Shown here: positions 29,703 to 40,188 of the stretch, in pieces
Layout of the letters: each line of letters begins with the position of its first letter
Numbering within the stretch: the stretch's first letter is position 1
DNA from: Eubacteriales bacterium
GTDB taxonomy: Bacteria > Bacillota > Clostridia > Oscillospirales > JAAYOS01
Assembly: GCA_050950785.1 (NCBI GenBank)
Contig: JBMNIG010000024.1
Span: 8,892 to 72,891, forward strand
Length of the DNA stretch: 64,000 nucleotides
Direction: 5' to 3'
Notes under the pieces: model-generated
Database searches by the model: none
What the model saw: only the letters and a program-made list of their open reading frames with translations
What the model was told of the DNA's origin: nothing
Translations under genes and position numbers: made by a program

Positions 29703-29704
29703 AG

Positions 29705-29989
29705 TTAGCCAAACAGACGGCGCCAGAAGCCTTCGCTTCTTCGGATTTCGTCTTCGTACTCAAGAGCGCTGATGTTCCCTTCCACAGTAAGCTCACCAAG
29801 ATCGACACTGAGCTTTTCAATACGCATATCGTTTCCCCGGACTGTGAGTGTACCTCTTGAAGTGTAGATTATTATCGACTCATCATCGAAGCTCTCAACA
29901 TCTTCAACCCCAGAGACGCTCAAGCGTTCGCGACTCTCCAAAATGATATTGTGCGGCATCTCAGTATTTTTGACCTGTTCATATGCCAT
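29705..29989 (-). CDS. yabP: Sporulation protein YabP
   Basis: 94 aa. HNIILESRERLSVSGVEDVESFDDESIIIYTSRGTLTVRG is typical of YabP. Confidence 0.8.
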   Translation of the reverse strand: MAYEQVKNTEMPHNIILESRERLSVSGVEDVESFDDESIIIYTSRGTLTVRGNDMRIEKLSVDLGELTVEGNISALEYEDEIRRSEGFWRRLFG

Positions 29990-30124
29990 AGAAAGACCCT
30001 CCTCCCGGCTTATACCGGATGATTTGTTCTTATTAGGACAAATCCATGCCTGTACAATTATATGTGAAGAGAGTTCCTATTAGTACATTTCCTACGTATT
30101 GTAGACAGATCAGAAAAACTAAGG

Positions 30125-30367
30125 TCATCTAAGTTCCCTATACATGGCTGGTGCTTCCGCCTTTGAAACATGTTCGCTGACAGTTAGTACCTCAACCTTG
30201 ACGGTCTTTTGGCCAAACTGTATTTCAATAATATCACCTATCTTGACCTCGCGTGATGCCCTGGCTTGCACACCGTTGACCATTACCCTGCCGTTGTCAC
30301 ATGCCTCATTTGCCACGGTACGCCTTTTTATTAGCCGCGAGACCTTAAGATATTTATCAAGTCTCAT
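30125..30367 (-). CDS. rqcP: S4-domain RNA-binding protein YabO/RqcP
   Basis: 80 aa. MRLDKYLKVSRLIKRRTVANEACDNGRVMVNG closely parallels B. subtilis YabO. Confidence 0.85.
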   Translation of the reverse strand: MRLDKYLKVSRLIKRRTVANEACDNGRVMVNGVQARASREVKIGDIIEIQFGQKTVKVEVLTVSEHVSKAEAPAMYRELR

Positions 30368-30447
30368 ATCTTGCTCCTGTAAAAAAACAAGCCAAGCACA
30401 ACTCGCACCACGAGCTGTCCTTGACCCGTTTTCGTCTTTTGCTTGAA

Positions 30448-30726
30448 CTATTTGCCTTCAACGGCACTCTTGAGCGCTTTACCGGGTTTGAACACTGGCA
30501 GGCGAGTTGCTGGGATCTCAATGACTTCTTTAGTCCTGGGATTATGGCCGATGCGGGCCGCGCGGTCTCTAACCTCAAAAGATCCAAAACCAACAAGCTG
30601 GATCTTCTCTCCTTCAGCAAGGGTTTCCTTTATGACATCGAGAACAGCGTTGAGGGCCTTTTCCGCATCCTTCTTTGAAAGATTAGCTTTTTCTGCAACT
30701 GCGTTTACAAAATCTGTCTTATTCAT
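30448..30726 (-). CDS. hup: DNA-binding protein HU
   Basis: MNKTDFVNAVAEK...GFGSFEVRDRAAR...NPRTKEVIEIPA. ATG 30726 follows AGGAGGA. Confidence 0.9.
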   Translation of the reverse strand: MNKTDFVNAVAEKANLSKKDAEKALNAVLDVIKETLAEGEKIQLVGFGSFEVRDRAARIGHNPRTKEVIEIPATRLPVFKPGKALKSAVEGK

Positions 30727-30761
30727 AATTATCCTCCTGAATAATGATTTACAAATCAAAT

Positions 30762-31562
30762 CTACGACTCTTCCGATTTAGCTTCCCGCCACAGGTTTTC
30801 AAGGTCGCTTTGACCTAATTGGCCTGATGATGTGATTTCTGCGACCTTATTCTCCACAAAAGAGAAGTGTCGTACAAAACGGTCGCATGCTTTCTCCAAC
30901 GCCCGTTCGGGATCAACCTGCATGCTACGTGCCAATTCTACTACAAATAGTAATAACTCTCCGATAGCGTATTCGCCGAACTCAGCGCTTGAAAATCTGC
31001 CTTTGTTAGTTGAATCAACGTCTTCTAGCAACGCTTCAAAGCTGTTGCGCCTGGTTTTTCTGTCAACACTCGGCAAAAGACCTGACTTTTCCGCCTTCTC
31101 GAGTGTTTTATCTGCGCGCCATAGTGAGGGCAAACTCCTTGCAACTGACTGTATAGCCTCTGTATGTGTAGCTTGTCCCTTTTGTTTGCGCTTTATTTCA
31201 TCCCACTTTTCGAGAACCTCCGGCGCTGTGCTCGCATCTACATCCCCAAAGATGTGAGGGTGGCGTTCAATCAGCTTCTTGCATACGCCTGTGCACACCG
31301 AGTCAATATCGAACCTCCCCTTTTCACGTTCCATCTGAGCATGAAAAACAACTTGCAGTAAGACATCACCAAGTTCCTCTCTAAGAAGCTCGGTATCTTC
31401 CATGTCTATGGCCTCGGCAGCTTCATACGCTTCTTCCAACAGATTTCTGCGAATCGACTGGTGAGTTTGTTCCCTGTCCCAGGGACAGTTCAAACGTAGT
31501 ATTTCGACCAGCTTCACCAAATCTTCAAAGACGTAATTTTCTTTGTAAACAAAATCTACCAT
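30762..31562 (-). CDS. mazG: MazG nucleoside triphosphate pyrophosphohydrolase
   Basis: Tandem MazG EEXXE/D motifs (EEAYEAAEAI, EELGDVLLQVVFHAQ). ATG 31562 (MVDFVYKENY) follows AAGGA. Confidence 0.85.
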   Translation of the reverse strand: MVDFVYKENYVFEDLVKLVEILRLNCPWDREQTHQSIRRNLLEEAYEAAEAIDMEDTELLREELGDVLLQVVFHAQMEREKGRFDIDSVCTGVCKKLIERHPHIFGDVDASTAPEVLEKWDEIKRKQKGQATHTEAIQSVARSLPSLWRADKTLEKAEKSGLLPSVDRKTRRNSFEALLEDVDSTNKGRFSSAEFGEYAIGELLLFVVELARSMQVDPERALEKACDRFVRHFSFVENKVAEITSSGQLGQSDLENLWREAKSEES

Positions 31563-31617
31563 ATTATGATTCCTTATGCAAGTATTTTTTATAAAAAACA
31601 TCAAGAATTTACGGCAT

Positions 31618-33210
31618 TTAACGAATTCGAAGTAAATTTGCTATCTTTTCTCCCTTTGGAAGCATCATTAGGTCCTCTTTAGTGACCGCACGTAGCAAAA
31701 TAATAAGAATCAGGTATATAACCATTGCAGCTGCAATTGCACCTAATACAGCGATCTTCGTCGAAACATAAAGCGCCAAAAGCCCGTTTATAGCCCAAGC
31801 TGCGGCGGCCATAATAACTGTAGCGATAAGCGGCCGGCCAAACATCCTCATAATGTTGGGGGCAGGTTTTACTTCGCGAGAAATCAAAATTAGATTGAGT
31901 ACCATAATGGTAAAGTGACACAGACAAGTGCCTATAGGAGGCGCCATTGATATTCAACTCAGGAATTCCGACCAAGTACCAATTTGCAACGATTTTCACT
32001 ACTGATCCTGCAAGCATGGTATATACAGGCAAGCGGACCTTACCTAAGCTTTGCAGAACGGCATTGCTCAATAAAACAATACAATTAAAAAGATACAGCA
32101 ATTGCAAGTATTGTCAACGGGGTGGTGGCGGCTCTGACCTCATCCGGGCTGCGCTGGAAAAGCAAATTCATAATCGGCCAAGCCAGTACCGAGAGTCCGG
32201 CCGCTGCCGGAAGCGCGAGTACCGATGTTACACGGAATGCCGTTTCAATAGTCCTGCTTGCCGAACGCCGGTCTCCTCGCGACATAGCCGCTGCCACGGC
32301 AGGTACAACGGAAACCGCAAACGGGACAATAAAGGAGGACGGGAAGTTGAACATGGTTTGAGCGATTCCGTATGCTCCGTATAACCACGTGGCATTCTTC
32401 TTCAGTAAATCCGGCAGCAAACTGTAGCCTTCGCATTACTAAAGCTGAGTCAGTAAAGTTTGTAAGCGCCAGAGCACCCGATCCAATGGTTATTGGTATC
32501 GCAATCGCAAGAATGCTCTTGGCAATGTCTCTTGCTTGTACGGCGTTGAGGTTGCGGTGCCCGTCGGAGGATTTCGATCAAAAGCTTTTCGCAAGATCAA
32601 GAAAAGCATAGCTATAACGGTGCCCACTGTCATACCGAGCACCGAACCGGCAGCTACAACATCAGGGGTATAGCCTCGGGCAGCCAGATACATTGAGAAA
32701 TATATCCCCAAAATCACCTTTCCAAGTGCCTCAATGATCTGGGACAAGCCGGTAGGATACATATTCGAAAGGCCTTGGTAATATCCCCGCAAAGACGACA
32801 TTACCGTCATAAAAAAGATCGCGGGTGCTATTGCCCGGATGGTAAGAGGTGGAGCCTTTCGATGCCATCAAACCGGCAACCTCGCCGGCAAATACAAATG
32901 CCCCTATCGAAAACACCGCTCCGATCAACAGAAAGATGGACATGGCCACACGAAGTATTTTTCGTACTTCGCGGGCTCTGCCAAGTGCATTTGCTTCCGC
33001 AACCATTTTTGAAACGGCTACGGGAAGCCCGGCAGTTGATATTGTGAGCATTACGCTGTATATACTGTATGCAATATTGTAATGTCCTAAACCGTGGCCG
33101 CCCAAAATATTGACCAGGGGTATTTTGCCTATAAACCCGATAACCTTAACTATAGCAACCGCCGCAGCCAAAACCGCCGCACCCTGCAGGAAATTTTGTT
33201 TTCTTCTCAT
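31618..33210 (-). pseudogene. YabM/SpoVB-like MOP-superfamily flippase (polysaccharide biosynthesis protein) broken by multiple frameshifts
   Basis: The total span equals 531 codons, the normal size for this family. Family-like TM peptides appear successively in different frames (ORFs 32731-33210, 32490-32810, start of 32245-32436, 32085-32420, 31679-32107, 31618-31947). At least 5 frame changes are needed. It occupies the yabM position next to mazG. Confidence 0.75.
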
Positions 33211-33236
33211 AAGTTCACAACCTTACCGCCTCAAAG

Positions 33237-34571
33237 TTATCTGAAAATGCTTGCAGCTCTCTCCGCCTCTCTCTTGGCCCTTTCCAGATCGATGGTAAGA
33301 AACTCCCTATCTTTATATATTATCCTGCCTCGCACCATATTCATAATAACATCGCTGCCTCTTGCCGAATATACGAGATTGGATACGATGTCGTGTGATG
33401 GAATAAGGTGTGGTCTATCAAAGTCAATAAGTATAAGATCTGCGTCCATGCCTTCCCTTATTATGCCGCACTCGGCGCCGCGGCCCTGGGCGTTCGCACC
33501 TCCGGAGGTCGCCATCTTCAAAGCCTGAGAGGCCTTTACAACGGTTGGGATCCAGCGTACGAACCTTTGCGACCAAAGAGGCCATTTTTACCTCTTCAAA
33601 CATATCAAAAGAATTGTTTGATGATACTCCGTCAGTTCCCAAAGCGATGTTGATACCTGCCGTGAGCATCTCGGTCACCGGGGCGATGCCCGATGCAAGC
33701 TTCATATTGCTTACAGGATTGTGAACAGCCGACACGTCCTTTTGCGAAAGTATCTCAATATCGTTTTGATCAACCCAGACACAGTGTGCGGCACTGGTAG
33801 GCACATCAAACACTCCGTACCGATCAAGAATTGCGGTCGGTGTCATTCCGTATTTTTCAACACATTTTTTCATGTTCCGATTTCGTCTCTGAGAGATGTA
33901 CTTGCATCCGCATACCCTGCTTAGCAGCATACTCCGACAAAGCCACCCACACCTTTGGATGGGACGTATACTCTGCATGTATCGCAGCTTCAATGCAAAT
34001 CCTTCCGTTATCAAAGCCGTGCCAGTCCTCAACCAGCTGAAAAAGTTCCTTTGCCCTACGGTCTGAATCCAGATCGTAGTCCTCCTCGAAGGATGTAATA
34101 GCCCGCGAGATATTTGCCTTTATACCCGCCGCTGCAACACGTGACGCAATTACGTCAGAGAAAAAATACATGTCTGAAAGTGAGGTAGTGCCGGATGCTA
34201 TCATTTCGGCAATTGCCAGGTCAGTGAAAACCGCAGCTGTATCAGCGGTCAATTTGTCCTCCGCCGGAAAAAATATATGAATTGAGCCATGTCTGAAGAT
34301 CATGATCATCAGCAAAACCTCTGAATGCCGTCATCGGCAGGTGGGTATGGGCATTTATCAGACCGGGCATAAGGACTTTTCGTCTACCGTCTATCGACTC
34401 ACCTTTGAAATCCTGCGGTGGTTCCTTGCCAACATAGGAGATTTTCTCATCCTCGACAAGAACAAAGGCGTCGTCAATAACCCTTATTTCTCCGATATTT
34501 GGCTTATCAACTCCACCTGGAATATCTACATCCTTTGAAACAACGGTCACATTTTCAAAAAGGACAGGCAT
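33237..34571 (-). pseudogene. mtaD: 5-methylthioadenosine/S-adenosylhomocysteine deaminase (MtaD-like amidohydrolase) broken by 3 frameshifts
   Basis: The span equals 445 codons. Four consecutive in-order fragments: MPVLFEN...LINAHTHLPM...LNSYIF | PAEDKLT...HLSETKSE | VEKYGMTPTAILDRYG...ALGTDGVSSNN...LDPN | VKASQALKMATSGGANAQG...ERAASIFR. Confidence 0.8.
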
Positions 34572-34728
34572 TTAGATTTCCCCATTCCTGCGCATTATCA
34601 AAATATCCCGGAGAAATAGCCTTCCCCGGGAGTCAGCTATCCGCTGAAAAAGTGCAGCGGCTCTCTCTGTAATTCCCCCCGTAGTACTAGTGAACACTTG
34701 TTGATGGGGGGATGTACCGACTTACTCT

Positions 34729-35130
34729 CTACTCAAGTACTGCTCCGCAAGCAGGGCAGAACTTGTCGTCTCTGTTGCAGCGCTTGCCGCAGTCGGGATT
34801 TGGGCATTTGCGGGAGCGTTTCAGGGATTCGATCTTGCTGCGGAGCTGATCGATCTCTTCTCGCTTTTCATCGATTTTAAGAATCTGTTCTTCAATAGTA
34901 GAGGTCTCAATTACCGTCTCGTCCTTAGAAGCGTAGACCAGTCTGCCTATTTCCCGGTAGTGATCGTTGATCCCACCTTCAAGGTCGATGATGCGAAGGC
35001 TTAGCTTGGTTTGCTCCACAACCTCTCCGGCCTTTTTGCTGGTTGCCTCTGCGGCACGACCGGCAGCATGACCGGCTGCTACGGCAGTTGTCTTTACAGC
35101 GCGCAGTAAGTTTTTAAGCTTTTCTTCCAT
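34729..35130 (-). CDS. Coiled-coil protein with a C-terminal zinc ribbon
   Basis: 133 aa ending CPNPDCGKRCNRDDKFCPACGAVLE. Confidence 0.55.
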   Translation of the reverse strand: MEEKLKNLLRAVKTTAVAAGHAAGRAAEATSKKAGEVVEQTKLSLRIIDLEGGINDHYREIGRLVYASKDETVIETSTIEEQILKIDEKREEIDQLRSKIESLKRSRKCPNPDCGKRCNRDDKFCPACGAVLE

Positions 35131-35169
35131 GGAATCCTAACCTCCTTACAAAGTTGCAGCCCTCTTGGT

Positions 35170-36114
35170 TTAATAACTATGAATTCCTCCGCCCATGAAT
35201 TCCCTAAGCAGTGATGTAGGAGGAACGAAACTCTCGTCGAGCTCCTCAAACAGGTCAAATGCCTTTTCAAGCTCTCTTATTTCCTGAATGCGAGGTGTCT
35301 TGGGATCGATATCCTCGACGAATAGCTCCGCTGCCATCCTCTTGAGTGCGGGTACCTCATAGGGCAGTGAGGTATCAAAAATGATGTCTGCCGTGTTTTT
35401 GAAAGGCGAGATATACTTTTTCTCCCCACGTCGTACATTGTCCCACATTCTGAAAGTGTCGGCAGCACTTGCGCCTCGGAACTGCTTGTCACGAATAGCC
35501 CTTCGGGTGATCCGCATCCACGTTCCCTTAAACACGACCCGTCCGTTATGTTCAACGTTTGAGCGTGCTGATATATAAACCTTAGTTGCATATCGGCCTT
35601 CGCCATGCAATGTCAGCTTTTCATTAAGTGCATGTATTCCTTCAAATATTGCTATTTCATTTTTGTTTAGTTGCAAAGGAACGGCCCTGTCGGGATTCCT
35701 TTTTTGATTTTTGAACTCAAACTTCGGAATCAGCACCTCCCGTCCCATGTCAAGGTCGAGAAAATGCTGTGCTAAAAGTGGAATGTCAAGACAATCCGGG
35801 GACTCAAAGTCATAGTCTCCGTTTTCGTCTCTGGGTGCTGTTTCGGGATCGACGTCACGAAAGTAGTTGTCAAGGGAAATCGTATGTGTGATGATCCCCT
35901 TCTCCTCCAACGCCAATTCAATATTCTTGGCAGTTGTTGTCTTGCCGGAACCAGAGGGACCGGATAGCAGTACGATCCTGCTGCGGTCCATATTGCTCAA
36001 AATGACTTCTGCAGCACGGCTAACGTTGCCTTCATACACCGCATCACATTCCCTTACAAACGCTTCAGGCTCCTCAAGTACACGACGATTTATATCATCT
36101 AATAGGTAGGCCAT
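35170..36114 (-). CDS. Uridine kinase / phosphoribulokinase-family P-loop kinase
   Basis: 314 aa with Walker A LLSGPSGSGKTTTA and the FEGIHALNE region typical of the family. Confidence 0.6.
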   Translation of the reverse strand: MAYLLDDINRRVLEEPEAFVRECDAVYEGNVSRAAEVILSNMDRSRIVLLSGPSGSGKTTTAKNIELALEEKGIITHTISLDNYFRDVDPETAPRDENGDYDFESPDCLDIPLLAQHFLDLDMGREVLIPKFEFKNQKRNPDRAVPLQLNKNEIAIFEGIHALNEKLTLHGEGRYATKVYISARSNVEHNGRVVFKGTWMRITRRAIRDKQFRGASAADTFRMWDNVRRGEKKYISPFKNTADIIFDTSLPYEVPALKRMAAELFVEDIDPKTPRIQEIRELEKAFDLFEELDESFVPPTSLLREFMGGGIHSY

Positions 36115-36127
36115 GTGCTAATCTCCT

Positions 36128-37600
36128 CTATCTGTAAAATGAGCGAATTTTCTGATCATCGGAGTCGATCTTCTCGCCGGACTTTATATACTCGGTTGGG
36201 AATTTGTTATTTGCAACTCTGAGAATTCTTTTCCCGTCGTTACTTACTAACTTTGTGACTCCACCTGCCCCTACCGAGATTATCGTCTGGAACTCCTCCA
36301 TTATGCAGATATTATATATACTCTCCCAGCCCGGTAGCGTCCAACCGGTATTTTCGAGGGAGGCCATCATGTATTTCTGTCTATAGAGGTAGTATGGCTG
36401 ATATCCGCTATTATACAAAAATTTCATAGCAAAGTCCAGCATTACCATAGTATCTGAGGATCTATTTTCCAATGTTGCGCTGTCCACAAGATCGGAACCC
36501 CGCTTCAATGCAAGTGTGTGCACCGTCAGATTCTCCGGTCGCAATGCTCCCAATTGGAGTAGCGTGGACTTGAAACCTTCAACGCTGTCGCCAGGCAATC
36601 CGGCTATCGTATCCATGTTGATACAGTTGAAACCGCATTCTCTGGCTTGTTCAAATGCGCGCAACACATCCTCCGGTGTATGGGGACGCCTGTTTACCCG
36701 AAGGACATCCTCAGACATAGATTGTGGATTTATGCTTATACGTCCCGCTCCGTTTGAACGGATGACTCGCAACTTTTCTGGTGTTATAGTGTCGGGTCGA
36801 CCTGCTTCCACAGTATATTCATATATATCGTTTAGATCAAATGCTTGAGCGATCTCATTCATCAATCTCTCAAGTTGTGATGCACTAAGTGAGGTGGGAG
36901 TGCCACCCCCTATATATACCGATGCGACTTTTAGACCAAGTTCTTTTACCAGCATACCTCTCTGCCTTATCTCCTTGGACAGCGTTTCGAGATAAGGTTC
37001 AATGAGGTGCCCGGATTTGCCAGTCTCACTGCTCACAAAAGAGCAGTAAGCACAGCGGGATGGACAAAAAGGTATACCCACATAAATGGATATATCCTTA
37101 TCACTTAGCTTACGTTTGACTTCAAGTCCGTGTGACGCCGCCTCCACAGCAAGTTTTGCCCGTTTGGGAGAAAGATGGTATCTATCGACAAGCTCCCTCT
37201 TCGTGGAAGCATGTGTTTGGCCACTTTCCAACATCCGCAAAATCAGCTTGGTGGGACGCACTCCCGTTAAAGATCCCCAGGGAAACTCCGCTCCGGTAGC
37301 CTGTCGAACGGCTTTGAAGACAGATAGTTTCAGGGTATGCTGTTCCCGCCTTATGCGTTCATTTTCAGAGAAAACTCCTTCAATTTGCGCACGGGCAGTT
37401 TTTCTATATCTTTTCCCGTCAAGCACAAGCTCAGCGGTTGCCGTCACATATTTACGGCCGTATGACAGGGAAGAGATAAGTCTGTCCCCGGTTTCATCGG
37501 GTCGGATATCCTCGCAGAGAGTAGCCTTCCTATTCAAAAACGCCACTACAGCCTGTTCGATCGAGTACCGATGGTTGTGGCCAATAAGGTACAGTTTCAT
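36128..37600 (-). CDS. hemZ: Radical-SAM coproporphyrinogen dehydrogenase-like protein HemZ
   Basis: 490 aa with radical-SAM cluster motif GIPFCPSRCAYCSF and HemN/HemZ-like length. Confidence 0.7.
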   Translation of the reverse strand: MKLYLIGHNHRYSIEQAVVAFLNRKATLCEDIRPDETGDRLISSLSYGRKYVTATAELVLDGKRYRKTARAQIEGVFSENERIRREQHTLKLSVFKAVRQATGAEFPWGSLTGVRPTKLILRMLESGQTHASTKRELVDRYHLSPKRAKLAVEAASHGLEVKRKLSDKDISIYVGIPFCPSRCAYCSFVSSETGKSGHLIEPYLETLSKEIRQRGMLVKELGLKVASVYIGGGTPTSLSASQLERLMNEIAQAFDLNDIYEYTVEAGRPDTITPEKLRVIRSNGAGRISINPQSMSEDVLRVNRRPHTPEDVLRAFEQARECGFNCINMDTIAGLPGDSVEGFKSTLLQLGALRPENLTVHTLALKRGSDLVDSATLENRSSDTMVMLDFAMKFLYNSGYQPYYLYRQKYMMASLENTGWTLPGWESIYNICIMEEFQTIISVGAGGVTKLVSNDGKRILRVANNKFPTEYIKSGEKIDSDDQKIRSFYR

Positions 37601-38256
37601 CCCTCGGTACTCCTGATGGCTTCTAGCATGTTTACATTGTGTGACCGTTCTCTGGACAGAGTAGTTTTCACGTCATGACCCGGGTAGACGTCGTAATCGC
37701 CCACAAGAGCATACAGCTTTCTCAGTGAACGAAGCATTTCACTGTAATCCCCTCCAGGCAGATCGCAGCGCCCACAGTCGTCCTCAAAAAGTGTGTCACC
37801 ACTAAACATCGCATTGCCACATATTATTACAGCAGATCCCGGTGTATGACCGGGTGTCAGCAGATAGGTAAATCTCATGTCACCTATCTCATAGCAGCTA
37901 CCATCCGTTGCGAGAAAGTCAGGCTCAATCGGTAACTGATTCATATTGACCAGGTTCGCCAGCGACCTGTCAGCCTGCCTCAAAGCTTCTGCATCACCTT
38001 CGGCAATCACCACTTTAGCTCCTGTAATGTCCTTTAGCTCAGGAACTGCCATAATGTGATCAAAATGCCCATGGGTCAGAAAAATATATTTCAGCTCAAG
38101 TGATTTCTCATTGAGAAATTTGCAAATTTTATCTGCATCTGCACCCGGATCTATCACCGCGGCACCGCCCGATTCGTTATAAACAACATAACAGTTGGTT
38201 CGTAAATGGCCTACAATTAGTGTTTCAATATTCATGCAATCCACCTTGATACTCAA
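37597..38256 (-). CDS. MBL-fold metallo-hydrolase (glyoxalase II-like)
   Basis: 219 aa with THGHFDH. The stop overlaps the hemZ start by 4 nt. Confidence 0.75.
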   Translation of the reverse strand: MSIKVDCMNIETLIVGHLRTNCYVVYNESGGAAVIDPGADADKICKFLNEKSLELKYIFLTHGHFDHIMAVPELKDITGAKVVIAEGDAEALRQADRSLANLVNMNQLPIEPDFLATDGSCYEIGDMRFTYLLTPGHTPGSAVIICGNAMFSGDTLFEDDCGRCDLPGGDYSEMLRSLRKLYALVGDYDVYPGHDVKTTLSRERSHNVNMLEAIRSTEG

Positions 38257-38300
38257 TTATACTGTGACAGTATATTCCTTCATACGTCTTAACTTTATTA

Positions 38301-38762
38301 TTATTTCCGATTGTTTCTCATAACTTCGGTGTCCATGACTATAGTAACCGGTCCATCGTTGTGGGACACCACAGCCATATCTCCTCCGAACACACCGGTC
38401 TGGACGTCCCTTCCTCCGGAGCGGCAAATCTCCACAAATTTTTCGTAAAGCTCATTTGCTTTATCAGGACTTGCTGCTGCTGTAAAGTCAGGTCTGCGAC
38501 CTTTGCGGCAGTCAGCGATCAAAGTGAAGTTTGGGACCACGACAATACTGCCTGCGATATCATCCACCGACTTGCCCATCTTTCCGTTTTCATCCTGGAA
38601 AATGCGAAGCCCGATCACTTTGCCCGCAAGATACGCTGCTTCATCCTCCGTATCAGTTTCAGAGACTCCTAAAAGCACTAACAATCCATCACTTATTCTG
38701 GCAGTGCACTTACCATCAACCTCAACCGATGCACTCTTTACTCTAGTAATAACCGCTACCAT
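38301..38762 (-). CDS. dtd: D-aminoacyl-tRNA deacylase
   Basis: 153 aa. VITRVKSASVEV...LVLLGV...VPNFTLIAD...NDGPVTIVMD. Confidence 0.85.
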   Translation of the reverse strand: MVAVITRVKSASVEVDGKCTARISDGLLVLLGVSETDTEDEAAYLAGKVIGLRIFQDENGKMGKSVDDIAGSIVVVPNFTLIADCRKGRRPDFTAAASPDKANELYEKFVEICRSGGRDVQTGVFGGDMAVVSHNDGPVTIVMDTEVMRNNRK

Positions 38763-38821
38763 TTATCCACCCTCATGTTAACGTAATATATTCAAAAAAA
38801 GCAAAACGATACATACCGGTA

Positions 38822-39298
38822 TCATTTGTGATATTTACCACCCTGCAATATCGTAAAGGCGCGGTATAGCTGCTCAAGCAGCATAACACGCGCCAAATGA
38901 TGCGGAAACGTCATGTCGGACATGGAGAGTCTCATATCAGCGCGGCGTTTCAGCTCGGTGGACAGGCCATTTGACCCGCCAATAATGAAAACTAGATGCG
39001 ACACTCCCTGTGAAGTATAACCAGCTATCTTTTCAGAAAATGCCTCAGAATCGGTCTTTTCGCCCTCAATACATAACGCAATGATTGCGGCCCGGGAAGG
39101 CAATTTCATTCTCCGATACTCTTGAGTCAGAGCTGCGGAAATCTCTGCCTCTGACGGAGTTTTTCCCAGTGGTGTCTCCGCCACCTCTGTTATAGAGATC
39201 CGACAATATGCACCGAGCCTCTTAATATACTCCTCAGCGGCCGCTGTATAGTGACGTTCTTTCATTTTTCCAACACATATAAGCTGAATATTCAACAT
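38822..39298 (-). CDS. rlmH: 23S rRNA (pseudouridine1915-N3)-methyltransferase RlmH
   Basis: MLNIQLICVGKMKERHY...FIIGGSNGLS...LSMSDMTFPHHLARVML. ATG 39298 follows AGGAAGTG. Confidence 0.85.
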   Translation of the reverse strand: MLNIQLICVGKMKERHYTAAAEEYIKRLGAYCRISITEVAETPLGKTPSEAEISAALTQEYRRMKLPSRAAIIALCIEGEKTDSEAFSEKIAGYTSQGVSHLVFIIGGSNGLSTELKRRADMRLSMSDMTFPHHLARVMLLEQLYRAFTILQGGKYHK

Positions 39299-39354
39299 GC
39301 GGTCACTTCCTGCCTGTAAGCTTAGCAAAATTTTAAGCAGGCATAAAGCCGCTT

Positions 39355-40149
39355 CTATTTTTCAAAAAAATAAGGTGTTCCAATCGAGTTGGGTGGCGCT
39401 ACATCTACGACCGGATGGTTTGATTTCGAAATATCAAGAGCTTCAAGCACACCCATTGTAGCTTTCACTGCAAGTTCCGGGGTGTTGTTCTGATCGCTAA
39501 GATGGCATAGCGTTATCCTCCGCGCACCGTGACGCACTGCGTCTGCAACAAGGTCGGCACAGTCGTCGTTGGATAGGTGCCCGCGCCTTCCCAAAATGCG
39601 CCGCTTTAGAAATTCGGGATAAGGACCCTGTAATAGAGAGAATAAATCGTGGTTTGACTCAATAAAAAGACATTCCGTGCCCATCAGTTTGCCTTTTATC
39701 TCAGGCGTGATATGCCCAAGGTCTGTTGCATATCCCAAAGTACTATGGCCTGCGTAAAACCTAAATCCCACACTGTCCGCGGCGTCATGAGGTGTGGAAA
39801 ACGTCTCAACTCCTATCTCACCTATTTCAAACTGGTCGCCGGCATAAAAAACTCCGGCCGCTTTATGTATAAAGGGATGGGAAGCTTCTACGCTGCACGC
39901 TGTACCAACAGACATGTAAATCGGTATGGCAGTCCGATGATAAAGCGTTTTGATTCCCTTTATATGGTCACTGTGCTCATGGGTTACTATAACTGCCGAC
40001 AAATCAGAGAGCTTGATATCAAATTTTTTTAGTTCTTCGGTAAGCCTCCTGCATGATATGCCCGCATCTATCAGTAAATTTGTTGAGCCGTAGGAAAGAA
40101 TGGCTGCATTGCCCTTCGATCCGCTGGCAATCGTACAAAAAAACGACAC
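39355..40149 (-). CDS. yycJ: MBL-fold metallo-hydrolase YycJ/WalJ-like
   Basis: 264 aa with VTHEHSDHIKG. It lies downstream of the walRK-yycHI cluster and upstream of rlmH, as in Bacillus. Confidence 0.75.
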   Translation of the reverse strand: MSFFCTIASGSKGNAAILSYGSTNLLIDAGISCRRLTEELKKFDIKLSDLSAVIVTHEHSDHIKGIKTLYHRTAIPIYMSVGTACSVEASHPFIHKAAGVFYAGDQFEIGEIGVETFSTPHDAADSVGFRFYAGHSTLGYATDLGHITPEIKGKLMGTECLFIESNHDLFSLLQGPYPEFLKRRILGRRGHLSNDDCADLVADAVRHGARRITLCHLSDQNNTPELAVKATMGVLEALDISKSNHPVVDVAPPNSIGTPYFFEK

Positions 40150-40188
40150 ATCAATCCTCCGTTGTATTTTGCCTTTGCGGTGACTTAT

